64,000 nucleotides of DNA from a virus, in the IMG/VR virus record IMGVR_UViG_3300020455_000006, positions 32,001-96,000 of that record; one strand, written 5' to 3'. The first letter of the stretch is position 1; each line of letters opens with the position of its first letter. Below are positions 28,575 to 37,157 of this stretch, one piece after another. A program made the position numbers and the translations under genes. The notes beneath the pieces were generated by a model, which was not told the origin of the DNA, did not search any database, and was given only the letters and a program-made list of their open reading frames with translations.

Positions 28575-28943
28575 ATGTTCCCTTCAACAATCCTTGAGAC
28601 AATCAAAGCAAACACACCTGCACCTGCTAGATCATTCAACATCAACACTAATAGCAGAGACCTTGACTTTCAGGTATCAACTAAGCAAATCCTCCAGATA
28701 CTTAGAAAGAATCCTCAAGGTATGACACTTACAGAAATTGCACAAGCAGTTGACCCTAACTGGCAAACAATGAACTGTAAGAGAATGTTCAAACAGGCGA
28801 TTGATCCTCTATGCCTTCGTGATGATGTTCGTTTCACTACGTCCAAATCTGGCAAGCGTGTAAAGTACTTCCCAACTCGTGTTTCTAAGCGTTGGTTAGT
28901 CAAAGAACTTTTCAACACATTTGCACAGGCGAAAAATTCATAA
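28575..28943 (+). CDS. Winged helix-turn-helix DNA-binding protein (122 aa)
   Basis: QILQILRKNPQGMTLTEIAQAV followed by basic wing KSGKRVKYF. The ATG at 28458 lies inside the box array, so 28575 is preferred. Confidence 0.65.
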   Translation: MFPSTILETIKANTPAPARSFNINTNSRDLDFQVSTKQILQILRKNPQGMTLTEIAQAVDPNWQTMNCKRMFKQAIDPLCLRDDVRFTTSKSGKRVKYFPTRVSKRWLVKELFNTFAQAKNS

Positions 28944-29081
28944 TCGCTAGACTCTGGCAATGCCAATAAGTCCAGAGTCGAACACAAACCAGTTGACAGA
29001 GTGTCAAGTGATCTTGTTACCTCACACTATATCATTTGTTACTTGACACCTTGTCAACACCCCTGTATCATTTGATACACG

Positions 29082-29111
29082 AAATCGCAGGTAAATCTTG
29101 CGATTTTTTTT
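29082..29111 (+). terminator. Rho-independent terminator closing the early region
   Basis: AAATCGCAG-loop-TTGCGATTT followed by a T run. Confidence 0.7.
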
Positions 29112-29210
29112 ATATTGATGGGGGCGGTGCGTTATTAAAAAGTACCTTCTATCTAACCTACAAACGTTTCCCAACGCCCTCGGTATCATAAATCAAAATT
29201 TTTTTCCCTA

Positions 29211-29954
29211 TTAAAAAACGCCCCTTAGATTTTTTTCCAGTATATCTGCTATCATAACATGACCCTTCTTGGTAGGATGTTTAGAGAGTGGGTTGAGTAA
29301 ACCTTTCATCTCTCCAAGTTTGATTCTTCTTTCAGTCTTGATATGAGTATTGACAAATGCTTCATCTGTAGGTTGCCATGTTGAATAATGATATGATTGA
29401 TCTTCAACAGTCATACGAGTCAATAGGTCTACTGGTAGAAGTCTTGGTATTTCTAAAGGATACTTGTGAGTATTGAATGTATCAAACCAATAGTTCTGTA
29501 TACCTAACGATTCAAAGAAGAGATTCCAATGAAGCATTTGATGAGCAAGTAACTTCACTTCATGTTCATGATTGTAGAAGTTCTCGGCATACTCTATTGC
29601 ATTGAATACTTTGTAATTAGTATTATAAGATACGTTCTTGATTCTTTCTTCTTTTGCAAGATAGAGTTCATTACGGGCAGTTGAAGTGATTCCCCATAAT
29701 ACGATAGTTTTTTCTTTTGGACGCTCTGTGAAATACTTACATGCTAATCGAAATTGTTTCTGATTACTTGACCCACCTTTTGAAATATTGATGTTATTAT
29801 ATCCATGTCTTTGTGATAAGATAGCACGAAAAGAATACTTGTTAGCATTCTCTTCACTCTTATAGTGTTTATAATATTGATCTAGATTCTCACCTTTTTC
29901 GTATCCACATCCGATACCCCAAGTCCAAGAACATCCAAGTGTTATAAGATTCAT
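29211..29954 (-). CDS. SGNH-like hydrolase/acyltransferase
   Basis: LGCSWTWG, GGSSN, HPTKKGH. Confidence 0.7.
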   Translation of the reverse strand: MNLITLGCSWTWGIGCGYEKGENLDQYYKHYKSEENANKYSFRAILSQRHGYNNINISKGGSSNQKQFRLACKYFTERPKEKTIVLWGITSTARNELYLAKEERIKNVSYNTNYKVFNAIEYAENFYNHEHEVKLLAHQMLHWNLFFESLGIQNYWFDTFNTHKYPLEIPRLLPVDLLTRMTVEDQSYHYSTWQPTDEAFVNTHIKTERRIKLGEMKGLLNPLSKHPTKKGHVMIADILEKNLRGVF

Positions 29955-30040
29955 ACGTGTGGATCATACTTACGCATTATGTAGAGAGCGATAAGAGCAC
30001 CAACACTAGATGCACCAAGAACAATTAGAAATAAAGGCAT
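29951..30040 (-). CDS. 29-aa membrane peptide
   Basis: Read manually: MPLFLIVLGASSVGALIALYIMRKYDPHV; ATGA-coupled to the SGNH gene. Confidence 0.55.
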   Translation of the reverse strand: MPLFLIVLGASSVGALIALYIMRKYDPHV

Positions 30041-30104
30041 AACATTTGAAAAATAATAGGGTTCCTCTTATACACAACGTCCCATCAATATAAGAGGAAA
30101 AAAA

Positions 30105-30272
30105 GGGAGGTTGGATTCCTGTATACCAACAAAGAACGGGCATTACTACAGTAGTAAGTTTTACGTCCTTGCCTGAGACCCGACTGGTAAGTCGATTCAC
30201 CTTTCGGTGCAGCACCACCTGTGTCTCATCACCTTATCCAGCGTTTGCCAGAAAGATTATTCAGTCACTCCC
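30105..30272 (-). ncRNA. manA RNA motif-like structured RNA
   Basis: GC-richer segment GGGAGUGACUGAAUAA..AAGGUGAUGAGACACAGGUGGUGCUGCACCGAAAGGUGAAUCGACUUACCAGUCGGGUCUCAGGC..GUUGGUAUACAGGAAUCCAACCUCCC. Closing GGGAG/CUCCC stem, GAAA tetraloop, U7 tail. Family assignment is from recall. Confidence 0.75.
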
Positions 30273-30295
30273 GACGTAACCGTCGTTACTCTATT

Positions 30296-30324
30296 ATTAT
30301 AGTACATGTGAATGAAGTTGTCAA
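30296..30324 (-). promoter_or_regulatory. Perfect sigma70 promoter TTGACA-N17-TATAAT driving the ncRNA
   Basis: On + strand, TGTCAA 30319-30324 and ATTATA 30296-30301. Confidence 0.85.
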
Positions 30325-30815
30325 CAAATATCCTGACCGAAAAAAGTATATTCATCAACCATCTCCTGTATTGTTTTTCGACAATATCTACAGTCAACTT
30401 TCTGAGAACCCCAACCATTCTCTCCTAGCACACGGTTCTTACGATACTTGTTCCATAACTCTTTACGTTTACTGATTTCCATTTCTCTGTAGGATTCAAG
30501 GTCGATACAGTACACATGATTATCTTCATCATGGACAAAGTTACCTATAGTGTAATCAGTAAAAGTCCAAGGAGATTCTCTTTCTACAAGTTCACGGTAT
30601 AATATATGAGAGAACTTATGCCCTACAAACTTACCTTTGATATACTCTGATGTTGTAATTATGGATAAACCTTCGGTAGTATAAGAGAAGGATGGTACAC
30701 GTATTTCTGTAAATGTATCCTTATCTTTCTGTAATTGATTCAAACGAGTAACTATTCTATCAAATTTCTCTTGAGACTCATAGGTCTTATGTTTTATAAT
30801 TGTAAATTTGTTCAT
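30321..30815 (-). CDS. Kinase-like (APH/Kdo-kinase fold) protein
   Basis: EYIKG hinge, DYTIGNF catalytic loop, CIDLES. Confidence 0.55.
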   Translation of the reverse strand: MNKFTIIKHKTYESQEKFDRIVTRLNQLQKDKDTFTEIRVPSFSYTTEGLSIITTSEYIKGKFVGHKFSHILYRELVERESPWTFTDYTIGNFVHDEDNHVYCIDLESYREMEISKRKELWNKYRKNRVLGENGWGSQKVDCRYCRKTIQEMVDEYTFFGQDIC

Positions 30816-31714
30816 AGATGTTTTCTACCGAATGCATAGAGTTCTTCAGTCAATGGTTCAATTTCTGTGTTTTGGTCTTTGAGTCCTTCTATGTCTTTGT
30901 TCTTTGACATGTACTGATTAGGATAAAGGTTTTCTGGTTTGATTTCGTAATCTAGAAATTCAGACAACCTATCAAAAGATTCGTTATGGTACGATGAGTT
31001 CCAAAATTTCTCCATTTCTACTACCAAAACATTTTTATTACCATAACTCTTTCTAAATTTTTCGATGTTATCTTCGTAGTAACAATTTGTACTAAATCTT
31101 GATCTTTCGCAACACCAGCGAAATAATTTTTGTTGCTTCTTAGTACGTATGTAATGATTATACATCAGATCATCATTTTTGACAAACCTCTGCAGTTTTT
31201 TTCTTTTATGTTCATTGGAATGGTACATGGTAATTAGACCGCCCATTTCCTGATAGTAACGAAAGACAGGATCTGCAAGTAGTATTGTTACCCTCACATC
31301 AAAGTGGGATTTCAAAGCGTTTGCATGTGCTGTCAGAAATTCTTCTGGTAAACTGATGTTATAGTTGGAGAAATCACATACTGCATGATACTCAGGAAAC
31401 ATATCTCTCATATACTGCATATGATAGATGTATTTGTCGAATGAGTGCTCTGGTTCTAGCAGTGCCTGATAGTGGTCTTTATTGTATTCTGCAGTAATCT
31501 CTGGTAGTTCTCCTGTACGAAAATCAGGTCGTCTCTCTGTATATCGTTCAATCATCCAGTTCGTAAAATCTCTCTGGTTGGTATGCATCATATGCAGGTA
31601 ATGAAACTCTTTCTTATAACCTGCATGGCAATACTTAGCATTACGAAGAGTGTAGTAGAAAGGAGTTGTACCAGCATAAGGTGTGCCTGGATTCAGTAGA
31701 AGTTTAGGTTTCAT
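30812..31714 (-). CDS. Sulfotransferase-like protein
   Basis: PGTPYAGTTPFY, KEFHY, DFS, ADPVFRYYQE; start at MKPKLL (ATGA-coupled). Confidence 0.7.
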   Translation of the reverse strand: MKPKLLLNPGTPYAGTTPFYYTLRNAKYCHAGYKKEFHYLHMMHTNQRDFTNWMIERYTERRPDFRTGELPEITAEYNKDHYQALLEPEHSFDKYIYHMQYMRDMFPEYHAVCDFSNYNISLPEEFLTAHANALKSHFDVRVTILLADPVFRYYQEMGGLITMYHSNEHKRKKLQRFVKNDDLMYNHYIRTKKQQKLFRWCCERSRFSTNCYYEDNIEKFRKSYGNKNVLVVEMEKFWNSSYHNESFDRLSEFLDYEIKPENLYPNQYMSKNKDIEGLKDQNTEIEPLTEELYAFGRKHL

Positions 31715-32664
31715 CGATTCCATTCCTCTGGTATACTCCCGTAGCATTTCTCCCAGTCTGTATATACAAAACCCAGATACTGTTTCGACCATTCGTATAA
31801 CTCAGGGGTTATGTCCTCAAAGTCACTTCCCCATTGGTCTTTCAAAGCTTCATAGTGTGGTGCTTTTGTTCCTAAGTCAGGCACATAGACATTCTCATGT
31901 ATCTTTGTAATCTCATAGTCTAAGAATTTTGAAAGTCTCTCACATTGTTCTGCTTGTCTCTCTGGGTTCCAAAACTGCTCCATAATAATCGGCAAGACTC
32001 TCTCTTGACCGAAAACTCTCACAAACTTCTGAATGTTCTGTGTATAGTATGCAGGTGGGAAGATTGGATATGATGAGATGTAGTGACGAAAGAGTTTGAT
32101 ATGCTGCTTTGACTTAACATAGGCATTGTGCTTGATCTTATGAGAATCAAAACCTGATAGTATAAGTTTACCCTGTATAAACTTACCAACCTCAGAGAAA
32201 TAGCGACGAATCGGGTCACGAAACTGAAACGTGACTCTGACGTTGAAGTGTTGAGACATTTTATCTCTCCACTCGATTAGAAACTCTTCTGGTAGTTCAA
32301 AGTTATAGTTTGTGAAGTCTGCTACTGCCTGATAGGTGCCTTTTGTCTTTTCATGTAGTCTAAGGTAATAATCAACGTACTTAGTAATAGTATAAGGTGG
32401 TTTGAGTAATTCTTCAGTCTCTTCTCTTGATACAAACTCTCGATTGTCAACCATTTTGATCCAATCTTCATCAGGACGTGATCTCTGTCGTAAAGTTTTC
32501 TTGTAGATTGATATATCTTGTTCTGATCTTTTACCCATCAGTTTGAGATAACCCATCTCCTTCTGATGCCCACTATGACAGTACTTTTGTTGTTTAGCGA
32601 GAGTAAAGTAAAAAGGAGTGGTTGCAGACCACCCAGTCCCTGCATTTAATAAGAAATCAATCAT
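31711..32664 (-). CDS. Sulfotransferase-like protein
   Basis: AGTGWSATTPFY, KEMGY, RDPIRRYFSE. Confidence 0.7.
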   Translation of the reverse strand: MIDFLLNAGTGWSATTPFYFTLAKQQKYCHSGHQKEMGYLKLMGKRSEQDISIYKKTLRQRSRPDEDWIKMVDNREFVSREETEELLKPPYTITKYVDYYLRLHEKTKGTYQAVADFTNYNFELPEEFLIEWRDKMSQHFNVRVTFQFRDPIRRYFSEVGKFIQGKLILSGFDSHKIKHNAYVKSKQHIKLFRHYISSYPIFPPAYYTQNIQKFVRVFGQERVLPIIMEQFWNPERQAEQCERLSKFLDYEITKIHENVYVPDLGTKAPHYEALKDQWGSDFEDITPELYEWSKQYLGFVYTDWEKCYGSIPEEWNR

Positions 32665-33607
32665 AGTTCCATGATTCTGGCATTGGAAGAACCCTCAACC
32701 ATTCATCGTAAAAGTGTTTCATAGGTTCTTTTGCATATTCAATGAGTTCAGGTGTCAGTGGTTCCTTGAGACTATTAGATTGATCTAAAAGATATGTATC
32801 GTCTGCATGTGACAATGGCCAAAAGAAATTTGGATGTATTTTATCTATTCGATACCCTATAAATTCTGAGAGTCTCTCTTTTTGCTCTTTCTCTCTCTTT
32901 GGTTCCCAAAACTCTTCCATGATAATAGGTAATACATTATCTTTACCAAATGCCTTGCAATATTTGTTGTAAGTTTGTGCATAGTCTACATTATGTCTGT
33001 CAAAGTCAGTGCTCTCAAATTTTCTTCTGTCAATATAACTCTTGAATAGTTTTTGTTGTTTTCCAAGAGCAGCAAAGGCACCATACTGCTTCCTACCACA
33101 TAATCTACCGACTTCATAGTAGAAACGAGTGATGGGATCTGCAAATGTAATTGTTACTTTGACATCAAAGTGCTCAAGTAACTTCTCAGCGATAGAACAT
33201 AAGAATACATCAGGTATGTCAACATTATAAGTAGAGAAATCACCAACAGCAGCATAGTCACCCTTATACTCATCAAGAAGGAGAAAATACTCCACATACT
33301 TCTCAATACTAAATGGTGAACTATAAAAATATTGAAGATATCCATCATCAAATACCTTTTTACGTAATTCTTCTGCTAATGGTGGAGGATGTATCTTAGC
33401 AGTGTGTGAATTATCATATGCTGTATCTAAATTCTTATTTCTATACCTATTGAAGTCGAATGTGTTCTCTCTTGCTGCTAATGCCCAATATTGTATTTCT
33501 TTAGTAACACCTGTTGTCACATAGCGATTTAGATGTTGTAAAGTATAATAAAAAGGTGTGGTTGCTGACCATCCAACACCAGGATGCATGTGGAATTTTT
33601 GTTTCAT
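32657..33607 (-). CDS. Sulfotransferase-like protein
   Basis: PGVGWSATTPFY, KEIQY, DFSTYN, ADPITRFYYE. Confidence 0.7.
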   Translation of the reverse strand: MKQKFHMHPGVGWSATTPFYYTLQHLNRYVTTGVTKEIQYWALAARENTFDFNRYRNKNLDTAYDNSHTAKIHPPPLAEELRKKVFDDGYLQYFYSSPFSIEKYVEYFLLLDEYKGDYAAVGDFSTYNVDIPDVFLCSIAEKLLEHFDVKVTITFADPITRFYYEVGRLCGRKQYGAFAALGKQQKLFKSYIDRRKFESTDFDRHNVDYAQTYNKYCKAFGKDNVLPIIMEEFWEPKREKEQKERLSEFIGYRIDKIHPNFFWPLSHADDTYLLDQSNSLKEPLTPELIEYAKEPMKHFYDEWLRVLPMPESWNYD

Positions 33608-33659
33608 CTAAATAACGGTGTTACCGTTTGAGGTGGCCCTTACTTATTACTTATAAGGG

Positions 33660-34295
33660 ATGTTATTATTTGCAGGTGATCAGCACTCATTGGGGTATCC
33701 CCTTTACATAACTGGGGAGGTGAGTGTAATATGTGAGAATAGTATATCAAATGATAGGTTAGTCAAGAAAGTAATAGAGGAGTGTGAAGAAGAGGAGTTT
33801 GATTATGTTGTAGTGCAATGGGGTTCATGGGGAAGAGTTGAGATATATCAAGATGGTTGGAAACAACTCAAACCGACACAGTATTTGAAGAGACAGGAAG
33901 AATTACTTCGGGAAGGAAAGTTTATATTGAACCACCAGGATAATTACGAACTCTCTAAACTATGGTATACCAAGATAGACAGTGAGCACTTACGTTCAAG
34001 TAATCTATGGAGGAACGTTTACTTACTTGAGAACTATCTATCAGGAAGAAATATAAAACATTACTTTTGGATGGTCAAGAATAACTATGAACCAGTAGGA
34101 ACTTATATTGAAGATGATAGTCATATCAAGCAGAATCATCAAACTGATACAGGAAATATATTTCGAGATCTAAGTCGTTGGAAGAATATGGAGACAGATG
34201 TGAGTTTGATTGGTAAAGATATGAAGAGAGAAGATCTTACCGATCATTCTATCTTAGCAAATAAGATAATAGAGGTGACAAATGATTTTAGTTAA
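33660..34295 (+). CDS. SGNH-like protein (degenerate)
   Basis: FAGDQHSLG, ISNDR, VVQW..R.E, DH..LA. Confidence 0.6.
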   Translation: MLLFAGDQHSLGYPLYITGEVSVICENSISNDRLVKKVIEECEEEEFDYVVVQWGSWGRVEIYQDGWKQLKPTQYLKRQEELLREGKFILNHQDNYELSKLWYTKIDSEHLRSSNLWRNVYLLENYLSGRNIKHYFWMVKNNYEPVGTYIEDDSHIKQNHQTDTGNIFRDLSRWKNMETDVSLIGKDMKREDLTDHSILANKIIEVTNDFS

Positions 34296-34971
34296 TGGTG
34301 ATTCAGTGACATGGGGTTGTGAGTTGACTGAAAATGATGATGATATGGACTACATCAATAAACATCGTTACTCGTCTCTCCTCTCTGCAACTAACATCTC
34401 TAAAATATCTAATACAAACGAGCGAATTGTTTGGGACACCATTGAGTATATTGAAAAATATGGTAAACCAGACTTTGTTATTATACAGTGGGCGAATACT
34501 GCTCGCTTTGAATGGTATTCAAAACAGAAGAAAAAATGGATAAAGATCTCTGCAAGACATGTCAGTACTGATTTCAAGGATTGTCATATAAAAGATAGTG
34601 ATATGAGAGATGCAGGTTATGCGTGGTTCAGAGATGTTGAGACTAAAGAGTTCAGAGAGATGAATTTTTGGAGACATGTGCATCATTTAGAGTCATATTT
34701 GGGCGACATACCTCATTATTTCTATCTTGCAAAGGGAAATGCTTCTTACAGATCGTCAAAATTGAAGAAAATGAGAAAAAAATGTTTTTTTGAGGAGCAT
34801 TCAAAGTGGAAAAACATGCTAGACTATACAGAGATAGTTGGAGACAAAGAAAAAAACCCAGATAACTACTGTCAGGGGCAAAAATCTTGGATCGGAAGAG
34901 CATATGGACAGCATCTTTCGGAAAAAGGACATCAAATCATGGCAAATTTTCTAAATGAACATATTATTTAA
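34282..34971 (+). CDS. SGNH-like hydrolase/acyltransferase
   Basis: NGDSVTWG, TNERI, IQW..R.E, HLSEKGH. Confidence 0.7.
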   Translation: MILVNGDSVTWGCELTENDDDMDYINKHRYSSLLSATNISKISNTNERIVWDTIEYIEKYGKPDFVIIQWANTARFEWYSKQKKKWIKISARHVSTDFKDCHIKDSDMRDAGYAWFRDVETKEFREMNFWRHVHHLESYLGDIPHYFYLAKGNASYRSSKLKKMRKKCFFEEHSKWKNMLDYTEIVGDKEKNPDNYCQGQKSWIGRAYGQHLSEKGHQIMANFLNEHII

Positions 34972-35506
34972 TGGCGATTCTTGGTGTTGGGGATATTCTC
35001 TGGCAAATCGTGATGACAGATACGCTTCAGTGCTTGCAAAAAGGTGGGAAGCAGATTTTACAGACCTTTCTGACCACGGATGTAGCAATCGTAGGATAGT
35101 CAGAACTACAATTGACCATGATGTAAGTAAATATGACCTTGGAATCATTTGTATGACGTTCAAAAACCGTACAGAATTATTTTTAGACGGTAAATGGGAG
35201 CATGTGAATCCTGGTAGAGGTCATGGTAAGATGTTTTTAGACTACTATAAGAACTATTATGAAGAAGAATATGGTGAATCTGATGAAATTATATTTCGAC
35301 AAGCTATAATTGATCATTTTGCAGTAAATAATACAGAATTGTTACTCTTAACAGTATCTAAAGATTCAAAATTGGGGTATGATTTGAATATAAATACACC
35401 CGACATCCCTCTAGGGGTAACAAAACACCCTACAGCAGAGGGGCACCGTATAATTTCTGATCGAATTCATGAAACGTTTATTAAAATGGATACGTTTCCG
35501 CTATAA
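34955..35506 (+). CDS. SGNH-like hydrolase/acyltransferase
   Basis: NGDSWCWG, GCSNRRIVR, HPTAEGH. Confidence 0.7.
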   Translation: MNILFNGDSWCWGYSLANRDDRYASVLAKRWEADFTDLSDHGCSNRRIVRTTIDHDVSKYDLGIICMTFKNRTELFLDGKWEHVNPGRGHGKMFLDYYKNYYEEEYGESDEIIFRQAIIDHFAVNNTELLLLTVSKDSKLGYDLNINTPDIPLGVTKHPTAEGHRIISDRIHETFIKMDTFPL

Positions 35507-35552
35507 AATGTGGAAATTACGTCGTGAAGACCCCTACATTTACGAAGAGTAG
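35469..35552 (+). CDS. 27-aa basic peptide
   Basis: Read manually: MKRLLKWIRFRYKMWKLRREDPYIYEE; DPYIY-type peptides recur in cyanophages. Confidence 0.5.
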   Translation: MKRLLKWIRFRYKMWKLRREDPYIYEE

Positions 35553-35586
35553 GGCATATATAAAATAGAACACACTCAAATCACAT

Positions 35587-35985
35587 ATGCTACTCGCTTC
35601 TCCACAGGATTACCTGTATCAGATGAAGGCACAAACGAGATCGGAGGCAAAAAAACGTTGGAAGGATGCGATAAAGGATAAATGGAACAATGTTTGTGCA
35701 TATTGTGGAGAAAATCATGATCAAATGACTCTTGATCACATACATCCTCAAGTTCTAGGGGGTACAAACGAGACAACAAACGTAATTTGTTGCTGCGAAG
35801 ACTGTAATCGAGAGAAAGGTCATAAAAATTGGGAAGATTGGTACATAAAACAGTTCTTTTTCACTGAAGATCGCTATGATAGAATCAAAGAGTGGCAAAG
35901 AGTCAAATCTGAAGGACCTAAAAAGCGTTTAGTACGTGGTTCTAAGGGCTGTAAGACTCGAATCGTTATAACCAATGGTAGATGA
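35587..35985 (+). CDS. HNH endonuclease
   Basis: CAYC..TLDHIHP..GG..N...CEDCNREKG. Confidence 0.85.
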   Translation: MLLASPQDYLYQMKAQTRSEAKKRWKDAIKDKWNNVCAYCGENHDQMTLDHIHPQVLGGTNETTNVICCCEDCNREKGHKNWEDWYIKQFFFTEDRYDRIKEWQRVKSEGPKKRLVRGSKGCKTRIVITNGR

Positions 35986-37082
35986 GACCAAAAATATTAT
36001 CAACGGATCATTTTATCCGCTTTGATCTTGGGAATTATTGTAATTTGAACTGTCCTACCTGTTTTCGTCAGGCACAAACAGAACTTTGGAACCGTGATCA
36101 TCCATATTTAAAAGAACCAGTAAAGAAACACCCATATCTTGATAAAACTCATGTTACTTTAGAACAAGTCAGGGATTGGTTTCCAGAAGACTTTATGAGA
36201 AAAAGGATTGGCACCTTAGTTTTCAATGGAGCTTCATCTGAACCAACATTGAATCCTGAATTTGTGGAGATATTGAATTATTTTCATGACTTGGTTCCAA
36301 AGATAGAAGTATCTACTCATGGATCAACTCGTAATGAGGATTGGTGGTATAATTTGGGAAAGACTAAGATATATCCTCTCTTTTCTATAGACACTTTGAC
36401 ACCAGGTAATGAACTTTATCGGATTGGTGCAAATACAGAAAAAATTAAGAAGAATATAAGGGCGTTTGCTGATGCTGGCGGAAAGGGTGCTGTCAAACTC
36501 ATCTTGTTCAAGCATAATCAGCATGAGATTGGTGCATTTCGTGACTTTTGTAGAGACCTTGGACAAGATTTTTCAATTAGACCTTCGTATGATTTCTCTG
36601 GGGACAAAACCTCTTACGAAGTTACTAATGATGGTAGAACATATACGTTAGAAAAGAACACAACTGAAGATTATCAAAGAAATAACCCAAGAAGGTTATC
36701 TAATCCAGATCCAAATTCTTTTTGTCATTTGACACTCAAGAAAATGATCATTATACATTCAAATGGATTGGTATATCCTTGCTGTCATATTGAAGGTGAG
36801 TTTTTTCGTATGTATGAAAGGTATTTCACGTATGATAATCCAACACCAAAACCAAGAAAGTATAATGAAAGGTTATATGACGACATCGTAAGTAAAATTG
36901 AAGAGCAGGGTGGTATTACAACTCTGTCTTTGAAGCATCATACCCTAGAAGAGGTGATGACAAGTCCCTTTTTCGATCATGTTCTCCAAGATTCTTGGGC
37001 AGATGGATCAAATCAAACCTGTCTCAATTGTAAGACATGGCAAGCAGAAAAATCTCGTGAAAAGTTTTCCTATATAAGTTAA
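35982..37082 (+). CDS. Radical SAM protein with SPASM/twitch domain
   Basis: CNLNCPTC, EPTLNP, FKHNQHE, C..G.VYPCC, C-terminal CLNC. Confidence 0.85.
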   Translation: MRPKILSTDHFIRFDLGNYCNLNCPTCFRQAQTELWNRDHPYLKEPVKKHPYLDKTHVTLEQVRDWFPEDFMRKRIGTLVFNGASSEPTLNPEFVEILNYFHDLVPKIEVSTHGSTRNEDWWYNLGKTKIYPLFSIDTLTPGNELYRIGANTEKIKKNIRAFADAGGKGAVKLILFKHNQHEIGAFRDFCRDLGQDFSIRPSYDFSGDKTSYEVTNDGRTYTLEKNTTEDYQRNNPRRLSNPDPNSFCHLTLKKMIIIHSNGLVYPCCHIEGEFFRMYERYFTYDNPTPKPRKYNERLYDDIVSKIEEQGGITTLSLKHHTLEEVMTSPFFDHVLQDSWADGSNQTCLNCKTWQAEKSREKFSYIS

Positions 37083-37157
37083 TGAAACAAACAGACGACT
37101 ATAAAGTCACTTTGATGTTGTTTTGTATGTCTAGATTTACTAGAATAATGTGTAAGT

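Noticed and set aside
30006-30475. ORFs 30006..30218 (-) and 30221..30475 (+)
   Set aside because: They overlap the structured RNA, its promoter and the kinase-like gene.
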